A DNA stretch of 27,782 nt, taken from positions 1 through 27,782 of the IMG/VR virus record IMGVR_UViG_3300032239_001297, one strand, 5' to 3'. Shown here one piece after another: positions 1 through 6,802 of this stretch. This DNA is from a virus (Duplodnaviria > Caudoviricetes). The translations under genes were made by a program, and so were the position numbers. Every line of letters starts with the position of its first letter. Position 1 is the stretch's first letter. The notes below the pieces were generated by a model, which searched no databases, was not told the origin of the DNA, and worked only from the letters and a program-made list of their open reading frames with translations.

Positions 1-471
1 ATTAGAGAACGCAATTGATCCTTTGTTCAGAGCACGACAACCGGGCTGCAGAAAGAATGGTAGATTTTCCAGAGCCAATGTGATGCGTGCTAGCATCTCA
101 CGGGCCGTCATGCCTTTATTGGCCAGAATGGCTATAGTCTTGTCGGCGTGAAAGAGCGCATACCACAGAAGGTATATCGACACGGACACGGACTTACCTG
201 ACTGTCGACACGCCAGAACGATGTTAAACTGATTTTCCTGAAACTGCTTGAACATCTTCTCCTGATAAGGATAAAGATTGAATGGAACTAGTCCTCTGTC
301 CAGATTGATGACTTTGCAATAGGTCCGAGCAAAGTATGCCGGATCTTTCATGCACTTCTTGTATTCCTCAATCTCTTTGGCCGTGAAGTTCTGCTGAACA
401 CCATCTCGCTTGATGTTCTGATTGCCCAGATAGGACAGGCCGATCTTGGATTTGTCAATCTTACGTTGCAT
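1..471 (-). CDS. gp17: Terminase large subunit, N-terminal ATPase part (runs off the window edge)
   Basis: Not in the ORF track. Manual translation from ATG at 471 gives MQRKIDKSKIGLSYLGNQNIKR...YKKCMKDPAYFARTYCKV...LVPFNLYPYQ (Q motif)...IVLACRQSGKS (Walker A)...IAILANKGMTAREML. It overlaps the end of gp16 by 11 nt. Confidence 0.97.
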   Translation of the reverse strand, partial: MQRKIDKSKIGLSYLGNQNIKRDGVQQNFTAKEIEEYKKCMKDPAYFARTYCKVINLDRGLVPFNLYPYQEKMFKQFQENQFNIVLACRQSGKSVSVSIYLLWYALFHADKTIAILANKGMTAREMLARITLALENLPFFLQPGCRALNKGSIAFSN

Positions 472-940
472 CGATGATGGTGGTGTTAGATCCGGCCTGA
501 TTAGCTAGCTTTTGCTGCAGATCCGTCGTGGTGCCTACAAAGACCGCCACGTTAGTCTGATTGGGAGCCTTGCCCTCCTCTTCATCCTCCGAAGCCTTTT
601 TGCCTATGATCAGATCTTTGCGTTTCTTCTGCAGATCCATTAGTTTGTCCGTCATGTCCGACGTTGTCTGCAAAAGACCAGCCAGAACTTCAAAGGCTCG
701 AGGATGTTCGGCCTCATCGGCCACCGTGATCAATCGTTCCAGAGAAGTTTCGGCCTTGTCGATCAGATTCTTCAGCTTCGTACGAGAATACTTATAGTCG
801 TCTTCCGCATCCGAAATGAGCTCATCTTTTTCTGGTGCAGGCGTGAGCTTGGCTGGCGGAGGCGGAGAAGGAGGAATGACGGCCGGAAGATTCTCCTTCA
901 AAGCCGCAATCATTCTATCCTGTTTGTTGTCCTTGCTCAT
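461..940 (-). CDS. gp16: Terminase small subunit
   Basis: Motifs EDDYKYSR...EHPRAFEVLAGL and NVAVFVGTTTDLQ are typical of T4-like gp16. It lies directly upstream of gp17. Confidence 0.93.
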   Translation of the reverse strand: MSKDNKQDRMIAALKENLPAVIPPSPPPPAKLTPAPEKDELISDAEDDYKYSRTKLKNLIDKAETSLERLITVADEAEHPRAFEVLAGLLQTTSDMTDKLMDLQKKRKDLIIGKKASEDEEEGKAPNQTNVAVFVGTTTDLQQKLANQAGSNTTIIDAT

Positions 941-968
941 GATATAAAGACATTGCCAATCCTATTTC

Positions 969-1550
969 TTAAGGATTAGTCACTTTCATTAAAACACCAT
1001 TGGTGAAATAAAGAGTGTTGGTGCGAGAGTTGTTAAATGTAAACTGCAAATTTGTAGTTGTGCCACCAACAATATTAGTGGCTTGTAAACTTGTCACACT
1101 TGAACCATTTCCTACAAAACGTGTGGTTGTAAAGACGCCGTTAGTGGTAAGTGTCGCCGCGTCACCTCCGTGTCCATCACCAAAGCCAATACCTGTTGTA
1201 GAACTAAATGAAATATAATGATTTACATTTACATCGTCTAGATTCCATATATCACTGCTAGGCCCATAGTTCGTAAACTGCAAAGTGGCACCGGCTCCAA
1301 CAATGGTAAGTTCTCCGGCAAAGGTAGGATTGGTCAATACGCCAGAAACACTGGCTAATAGCGCATTTGATGTTGCACTAATCTGATTTGTGACAACATT
1401 AAAATTTGTATTGATCTTCTGAAAGGCCGTGCGAAGTGGATCACCAGTCTTATCGTTCGGCGTGGTGCCAACGTTGATGGATGAAATTTGCGCTGTGGCA
1501 AAAATGCAACTTAAAAGCAGTGTCAAGAAACCGGACGTGATTTTTTTCAT
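969..1550 (-). CDS. Signal-peptide-bearing short fibre-like protein with T4 gp9/gp10-type N-terminal motif
   Basis: MKKITSGFLTLLLSCIFATA|Q is followed by INVGTTPNDKTGDPLRTAFQKINTNF and later the fibre-shaft motif FVGNGSSVT. The start is at 1550 or 1556; the late box at 1560-1567 favours 1550. Confidence 0.75.
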   Translation of the reverse strand: MKKITSGFLTLLLSCIFATAQISSINVGTTPNDKTGDPLRTAFQKINTNFNVVTNQISATSNALLASVSGVLTNPTFAGELTIVGAGATLQFTNYGPSSDIWNLDDVNVNHYISFSSTTGIGFGDGHGGDAATLTTNGVFTTTRFVGNGSSVTSLQATNIVGGTTTNLQFTFNNSRTNTLYFTNGVLMKVTNP

Positions 1551-1559
1551 ATTCATGGT

Positions 1560-1567
1560 TATTTATA
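1560..1567 (-). promoter_or_regulatory. T4-type late promoter TATAAATA
   Basis: Perfect consensus (tatttata on +). It overlaps the gp15 stop codon and lies directly upstream of the inserted gene. Confidence 0.8.
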
Positions 1568-2420
1568 CTGTGTCTGTGGAAATTGCCGTATTGTCGGCCG
1601 TTATGACATTCGAATCGGCCTTACGATTAGGCTGAACGGGAAACTCGAAGCCTGCATCGAAGCCGAATGTATCTATGGTTGTCAAGGTGGTATAGTTGGC
1701 CTGAGTGTCCTGAGGTGATCCTGGCTGTATGTGCACGTATTCTCCTGTGCGATTGGATGTGTCCATCGATGGATGCAGGCCGACTTCGACAAAGCGAATC
1801 ATTCCCTGAGTTGAAGCAGGTCCAGTGAAACGAATACGAATTACAAAGTCCAGTGTGTAAATGATTGCGCGACGATTCTGAAAGGCTCCATCATAGTCAT
1901 CCGTTATTGTCACGGAATTCAATGTGATGGGCATGTCGGTGATCTTTCCCGGAGCCTCCATGTCCTGAACACGAACCGTATATTCGGGCTGAAACTCCGG
2001 AAGAACCTGTTCGAGGACCTGCAGCACGTCGTCCTGATTACGACCATAGATGTTTAGCTGCATGCCCAACAGATATGGAACTGCTTGCCATCTGGAGGAA
2101 TAGTTCTTTTCGTCGCCCGTCTTGGGAGTCAATGTGCGATTCAGGCGATTAAGCTTGATCTCCGGATCATATTGAATTGAAGTGATCTCAAAGGACAAAC
2201 GCGGCAGCTTGATGGCCACCTTATCAGTCGTCAGATCAGGCTGCTGAGTGATTCGATCCAGAAACTTTTGCCGTGGACCATATGCAATTGGCACGCGCTC
2301 AACATTTGAGATGGTGCCATCCTCGGCCACACGACCTACGGTGATGTTGTTGAACAGATTGCCAAAGATCGCCACGGTCTTCTTGATGATCTGACTATAA
2401 TGATAGGTCTGTGTGAGCAT
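1563..2420 (-). CDS. gp15: Tail terminator / tail sheath stabilizer
   Basis: YHYSQIIKKTVAIFGNLFNNI, VPIAYGPRQKF, LPRLSFEITSIQYD and QVLEQVLPEFQP; gp13-14-15 synteny. Confidence 0.95.
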   Translation of the reverse strand: MLTQTYHYSQIIKKTVAIFGNLFNNITVGRVAEDGTISNVERVPIAYGPRQKFLDRITQQPDLTTDKVAIKLPRLSFEITSIQYDPEIKLNRLNRTLTPKTGDEKNYSSRWQAVPYLLGMQLNIYGRNQDDVLQVLEQVLPEFQPEYTVRVQDMEAPGKITDMPITLNSVTITDDYDGAFQNRRAIIYTLDFVIRIRFTGPASTQGMIRFVEVGLHPSMDTSNRTGEYVHIQPGSPQDTQANYTTLTTIDTFGFDAGFEFPVQPNRKADSNVITADNTAISTDTV

Positions 2421-2431
2421 GATATGATCCT

Positions 2432-3361
2432 TTAATTGTCGTTGGGCTCACCAAACGGATTCACGGTGGTAAAATCAATGATAGCATTTGCGCGAGTCTC
2501 TAAGGCGTTATTCTGAATCGAAATGTTTCCGTCGTTCAAAGCCTCGTCACCATCCGTCAGATTGACCACGTGCGTGATCGAAGCGATGGCGCCTGTCTTG
2601 CTTCCAGTGATGACAACCGATGAAGCCAATGGATGAATGGCACCATCCGTAAAGCGCAGAGCCGAAAGTGTGATCGTCAGTGCGGATGTTGATGAATCCA
2701 GCACCATATTGGTGATCTTGGCCGTGCCTGAGGCGCCTGATGGCCAAGCCAAAGTGACTGGCTCACCCAGATCAAACTTATGAGAGGCTGCACCATATGA
2801 CACAATCGTACGATATGAGGAGTCCAAAGACTTCTGAATCTGCAAAGCATCTACTTGTGGAATTCCCGTATTAAAGTCTTCGCCACGATATTCGAACAAC
2901 TCGAGTGTCATCTTATAGACAGGCAAATTATTGAGCTGATGAAAGGGAGTTTCGAGCTCGACGAATTTAATCTCAAACAGGCCTTTGATGCCAGGAATGT
3001 AAATCAGATCGCCTTCCGAAGGCCGCAGATTATTGTAGCCCTTCTTCCATTTGCCTACAGTCAATTCCCAGGTTCGCCGAGCCACCGCAACCTTGAGTTG
3101 ATTTCGAATCTCAAGGCCAAACTTGGACATCAGAACACCGTCGCCCTCGTAGCCATCAACGGATTCAATATAGATTTCAATGTCGATTGCCGTATTGAAC
3201 TGGCTTTCGGTGTCTTCATTCAGAATCTTATCCTGAGAGACAATTGTGCGAGGAATATAGAACGTGTCAAAGCCGTAGACTTTGATAGACTCTATGATCA
3301 GATCTTCATAGAGTTCCTTCTCGGACTTTACGTTTTGGCCAAAGTAGACAGATCGTCCCAT
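2432..3361 (-). CDS. gp14: Neck protein (head closure)
   Basis: LIIESIKVYG..FYIPR, GYEGDGVLMSKFGLEI, RPSEGDLIY and C-terminal DFTTVNPFG. It carries an extra internal domain. Confidence 0.95.
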   Translation of the reverse strand: MGRSVYFGQNVKSEKELYEDLIIESIKVYGFDTFYIPRTIVSQDKILNEDTESQFNTAIDIEIYIESVDGYEGDGVLMSKFGLEIRNQLKVAVARRTWELTVGKWKKGYNNLRPSEGDLIYIPGIKGLFEIKFVELETPFHQLNNLPVYKMTLELFEYRGEDFNTGIPQVDALQIQKSLDSSYRTIVSYGAASHKFDLGEPVTLAWPSGASGTAKITNMVLDSSTSALTITLSALRFTDGAIHPLASSVVITGSKTGAIASITHVVNLTDGDEALNDGNISIQNNALETRANAIIDFTTVNPFGEPNDN

Positions 3362-3367
3362 AATTCA

Positions 3368-3375
3368 TATTTAGC
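3368..3375 (-). promoter_or_regulatory. Late promoter variant GCTAAATA
   Basis: TAAATA core overlapping the gp13 stop, 6 nt before the gp14 ATG. Confidence 0.45.
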
Positions 3376-4120
3376 CGACGTAAAAATCACATGGGAATTC
3401 CCACACCGCGCGAATTTCGGTTTCGAGTTCCTTGATCTCTTCCTTGGCCTGTCCCATCATTTCCGTGCCGTCGATGGTGACACCACCCGGAAGTTGCATG
3501 CCCTTGAACTTGGATAGATTCTGCGCCCATTGCTTTTTGATCAGCGCGGTGGCATAGCGCTTCAGATACTGATCATTATAGATCTTCACGTAATCATCCG
3601 GATTCAAAGCCTGATAACTTTCAACGATCACGTAAGATCCAACCGGAATGCGAGAGGGCCAATCGGTCTCAATGTAGAGCCGACCTTGCTGACGCGAGAA
3701 AATGATGCCTTGATCCATGCCATTCAAAGTCATGTCAATCAAGGACATGTATTGGCGCGTCATTTCGTAGTTGATCAGATTTCCAGGACGACGTAGATCG
3801 TAGAGATCATTCAGATGGAGCTGATAGTCAACCGAGAAGATACCTTGAGTCGAATTGGCCATGCCTACCGGCAGGACGCGTAGAACATAGATCAGCTGTT
3901 CGGGCAGTGGAATGTAGCGATTGTCAAAGTCAGTCTGCGTGACCTGATACTTGTAGAAATTGCGCACCACACCATCCGAATGAAAATTCTGATAGTATTG
4001 AATGGCCTCATCGATGCGATCATTGACCTGATCTTCGTCGACATTGATTTCAATGACCGGAGAACCAAGCTGCCGTAGACAGTAATCGATCAAATTTTGC
4101 CGTGTTGCTGGATTGGCCAT
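3371..4120 (-). CDS. gp13: Neck protein (head-tail adaptor)
   Basis: RQNLIDYCLRQLGSPVIEINVDEDQV and YATALIKKQWAQNLSKFKGMQLPGGVTIDG are classic gp13 motifs. Confidence 0.97.
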   Translation of the reverse strand: MANPATRQNLIDYCLRQLGSPVIEINVDEDQVNDRIDEAIQYYQNFHSDGVVRNFYKYQVTQTDFDNRYIPLPEQLIYVLRVLPVGMANSTQGIFSVDYQLHLNDLYDLRRPGNLINYEMTRQYMSLIDMTLNGMDQGIIFSRQQGRLYIETDWPSRIPVGSYVIVESYQALNPDDYVKIYNDQYLKRYATALIKKQWAQNLSKFKGMQLPGGVTIDGTEMMGQAKEEIKELETEIRAVWEFPCDFYVG

Positions 4121-4126
4121 GATTTC

Positions 4127-4134
4127 TATTTATA
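4127..4134 (-). promoter_or_regulatory. T4-type late promoter TATAAATA
   Basis: Perfect consensus 6 nt upstream of the gp13 ATG. Confidence 0.85.
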
Positions 4135-4621
4135 TGTCTTTGGACTCTTTGAATGTTGGAATCATGAGCGGAGAGATTCGCAGATCTCGTGGAGAGGCAT
4201 AGTCCTGATAAGCCAGACGTGTCAGTGGCTGTTTCTTTTTATCCACACAAAGGCGTAGGCCTCGCAATACCCACATCGAGCAGAAGCAGCGATTGCCACG
4301 AATGGGCGGCCAGTTGAGAGCATATCGAAACAGATCGCGAATTGAATACGACGGTGGTTTGGCCAACTGCTCTTCAAACCAAGCCTCGAGCTTTTTAGAT
4401 TCCGCGGTGGTCAGGCCCTCAAGCTCATAGATCTCAGCATGCTTCTGTTCGCCAGGTTTCCAAACACGTTCGCGAACATTGGGATAAAAGTTCTCAATGA
4501 TTCGGCCATTCTCACGAATGAATGCGGCATGTGTGCCAGTGCCATGTGTAAGAAAGCGAATGGCCTTGCCCATGATGTCATGATCATTGATCCAGATTGC
4601 AATTCTGACTTTGTGTTTCAT
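4130..4621 (-). CDS. Permuted papain-like (NlpC/P60, YiiX/YaeF-like) amidase
   Basis: His precedes Cys: IRFLTHGTGTHAAF...YSIRDLF...RCFCSMWV...SPRDL. The start is placed at 4621 because the upstream ATG at 4648 lies inside a terminator hairpin. Confidence 0.7.
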   Translation of the reverse strand: MKHKVRIAIWINDHDIMGKAIRFLTHGTGTHAAFIRENGRIIENFYPNVRERVWKPGEQKHAEIYELEGLTTAESKKLEAWFEEQLAKPPSYSIRDLFRYALNWPPIRGNRCFCSMWVLRGLRLCVDKKKQPLTRLAYQDYASPRDLRISPLMIPTFKESKDI

Positions 4622-4626
4622 GAGAG

Positions 4627-4634
4627 TATTTATC
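4627..4634 (-). promoter_or_regulatory. Late promoter variant GATAAATA
   Basis: 7/8 match, directly after the terminator U-run and 5 nt before ATG 4621. Confidence 0.6.
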
Positions 4635-4666
4635 AAAAGGGCCTCCACTCTTTCGAATGGAGGCCC
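4635..4666 (-). terminator. Rho-independent terminator
   Basis: The minus strand reads GGGCCTCCA-TTC-GAAA-GAG-TGGAGGCCC-TTTT. This is a 9-bp perfect stem extendable to 12 bp, with a GNRA loop and a short U tract, and it closes the accessory cassette. Confidence 0.8.
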
Positions 4667-4691
4667 GAGAGTCGATCGATTGCAAGTCTAT

Positions 4692-4886
4692 TTAAGCTTG
4701 CAGCGGATTGAAGTCAATTTCACCAACGCCTTCTTGAAAGGTCAGAGTAGGCTCATATTCCTTTCCATCAACGGTTGTCCAGATTTCCGGAGAAACGTTC
4801 TGTCCCACTTCGGCGTTTGTGCGCTTGGTGTATTTGCGATCATCCACAAACACCGACTGCCCGATTAAGAAGTCTGTTGATTTCAT
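4692..4886 (-). CDS. Small hypothetical protein (64 aa)
   Basis: The ORF MKSTDFLIGQSV... fills the gap between the barrel gene (5 nt spacing) and the terminator. Confidence 0.6.
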   Translation of the reverse strand: MKSTDFLIGQSVFVDDRKYTKRTNAEVGQNVSPEIWTTVDGKEYEPTLTFQEGVGEIDFNPLQA

Positions 4887-4891
4887 GTGTC

Positions 4892-5473
4892 TTAGAAGCC
4901 CTTGGACCAACCGGCAAAGATATGATATCGTTTGCCAGAATATTCGCCAGCGTTATTCCATTGACCCCAACATGCGCCAAGATTGAACTTGCCGCCCGAT
5001 AGATGGCCAATCTGAACGTAGGCACCAATGTCTTCAATCGTTGAGCAATTGCCACCTGCACCACTCAGAGGGGTGCCCAGACCGGCCAATGCGAACGGAG
5101 TGACAACAACATTGGTCACGAAGTCAGGCAACGCCGGAATGTAATGCTTGGCCTTTTCACCCGCATTGATCGGAAGCTTCAATGTAGCATTTCCAGATAC
5201 AAGTGAGAATTGACCAAGCCAATCGATGCCCAGGCCAGCGCCCAGATAATCATTCACGTTGTAGATGGCCAATACACCGCCACCAATTTTGGTTTTCAAA
5301 TTGGGAGCATAGGTCGCATATGGCTCAAAAGCGTAATTGGTAGCCGAGAGAAGGCCAGATGATTTGACCGCCGAAACGACGGTGTTGACGGGTTTAGCGT
5401 CCTGCGCAAACGAAGCCGTGATCAGGCCTAGTGTGGCGAACGCGATTATGAGATACTGTTTTAACTGTTTCAT
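4892..5473 (-). CDS. Predicted outer-membrane beta-barrel protein (about 8 strands) with signal peptide
   Basis: An AAGGAAAAAC RBS precedes MKQLKQYLIIAFATLGLITASFA|Q. There are eight amphipathic Gly/aromatic strand-like segments, and the C-terminus YHIFAGWSKGF resembles a BAM beta-signal. Confidence 0.7.
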   Translation of the reverse strand: MKQLKQYLIIAFATLGLITASFAQDAKPVNTVVSAVKSSGLLSATNYAFEPYATYAPNLKTKIGGGVLAIYNVNDYLGAGLGIDWLGQFSLVSGNATLKLPINAGEKAKHYIPALPDFVTNVVVTPFALAGLGTPLSGAGGNCSTIEDIGAYVQIGHLSGGKFNLGACWGQWNNAGEYSGKRYHIFAGWSKGF

Positions 5474-5512
5474 GTTTTTCCTTTTTGTTCTATGGTTATC
5501 GACCGACATTAT

Positions 5513-5520
5513 TATCTATA
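5513..5520 (-). promoter_or_regulatory. Late promoter variant TATAGATA
   Basis: 7/8 match in the intergenic space upstream of the barrel gene. Confidence 0.45.
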
Positions 5521-5527
5521 TGGCTCA

Positions 5528-5668
5528 CTACTTAGAGCCACTAAGACTTCCAAAAATCATTAACCTAAAGGCATGTATGGTTTCAAAGGCTCCCAGATCG
5601 ATAGCCGTGCTCTGTGGAATCATTACACTAATTGCATCCTGATTGTTGATATCGCGAACGCCTTTCAT
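5528..5668 (-). CDS. Possible 46-aa ORF (MKGVRDINNQDAISV...GSLSGSK)
   Basis: Fills an otherwise empty gap in the operon direction; no recognisable motif. Confidence 0.3.
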   Translation of the reverse strand: MKGVRDINNQDAISVMIPQSTAIDLGAFETIHAFRLMIFGSLSGSK

Positions 5669-5684
5669 GCCTCCCATGACATCA

Positions 5685-5975
5685 TCATTTGGTTTGGATG
5701 ACGATAACGGATTCGCCGGAATTGGTGTTCCAGATGACTTGCGTGGAGGTGATATTTGTGAGCGCGGGCGGGTTGGTTATTCCCGCTGCTGCCGTCACAC
5801 CGGTCAGGTCGTTGGTGTTGATGCTGTAAATCATCGTGCCGTCCGGAAGCTGTGCGACAGGGCAGCAATCATTACCCACTGGTAGTGCATTGGTGGTAGT
5901 GTAGGTCACATCGGCTTTCAGGGCGTGGATGAGTAGAGCCACAAGAATGGCGAGGATGGCGATATATGTTTTCAT
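5685..5975 (-). CDS. Small secreted Thr/Asn-rich protein
   Basis: MKTYIAILAILVALLIHALKA|D signal peptide; starts 2 nt after the LamG gene stop. Confidence 0.7.
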   Translation of the reverse strand: MKTYIAILAILVALLIHALKADVTYTTTNALPVGNDCCPVAQLPDGTMIYSINTNDLTGVTAAAGITNPPALTNITSTQVIWNTNSGESVIVIQTK

Positions 5976-5977
5976 AG

Positions 5978-6802
5978 TTATGGAATTTTCCCAGCAGGCC
6001 CAAGGTTGTAAATGGCGTTAATTTCGTTTGAGGAAAGAGCGCGATTGTAGATTGCAAGGTCATCAATCAGACCATCCGGCGGTATTTTGTAGGCGGTCGG
6101 CACATAGTTACCTATGATGATGCCGTGCGTAGCAGAACCATCCTGAATTAGATTAGTATTATGGTTCATATAACCGTCCTGCACACCATCAAGATAAATT
6201 TTGGTTCGCTGTGTTGTGAGGTTTTGGTCGTAAGTGAACGCGACATGATGCCACACATTCGTTGTGACAGCCGTGTTAGCTCGCTGATTTAGAGCAGTCG
6301 CCGTTTGCCAACCAGAAGCATTTTGCAGATTGACGGAGAGTTTGTTATTTCCCTCACCATCGCCAAATGTCCAATCAATGGACGAGGCTGCATTAACACC
6401 GCGAGCAGCCACTACCCAACCTGACTGACTTTTACCCGCAAGCGTATAAGAACGAAGAAAAATCCACGCTTCAACCGTCATATTTGAGGAAGGCGCAGGA
6501 CAGTTGGATGCACTACCAGTGGCATTTGTGAAGTTAATTGAACTCGCAGCGTTTGTGAAGTTTAGTGCCGTGCCAACACGCCCCGCCCCGTAAGCAATCG
6601 TTCCTGTTGAAGTATTAGCGTTAGTGGCTGAGAGCCAAGAAATGTCGCTGACGATATTTGACTCACCGCGCACCCAAAGCACACACCCGCTCGGCAAGGT
6701 TCGAGACACCACGCGGTTGAACGCGGGGTCATTGAGCGTAAATGCCTGCGCCAACAGAAGCATTGGCAACAAGACAATTAAGATAGTTGGTAAGAATCTC
6801 AT
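5978..6802 (-). CDS. Secreted LamG / concanavalin A-like lectin domain protein
   Basis: The true start at 6802 forms an ATGA overlap with the upstream stop: MRFLPTILIVLLPMLLLA|Q. LamG motifs are MTVEAWI, NVWHHVAFTYD, KIYLDG and GLIDDLAIYNRALSSNEINAIY. Confidence 0.9.
   Translation of the reverse strand: MRFLPTILIVLLPMLLLAQAFTLNDPAFNRVVSRTLPSGCVLWVRGESNIVSDISWLSATNANTSTGTIAYGAGRVGTALNFTNAASSINFTNATGSASNCPAPSSNMTVEAWIFLRSYTLAGKSQSGWVVAARGVNAASSIDWTFGDGEGNNKLSVNLQNASGWQTATALNQRANTAVTTNVWHHVAFTYDQNLTTQRTKIYLDGVQDGYMNHNTNLIQDGSATHGIIIGNYVPTAYKIPPDGLIDDLAIYNRALSSNEINAIYNLGPAGKIP

Noticed and set aside
2855-3517. 220-aa plus-strand ORF and similar overlapping ORFs (e.g. 8550-9062, 25211-25753, 21523-21933)
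   Set aside because: They are antisense or alternative-frame shadows of well-conserved genes and have no motifs.
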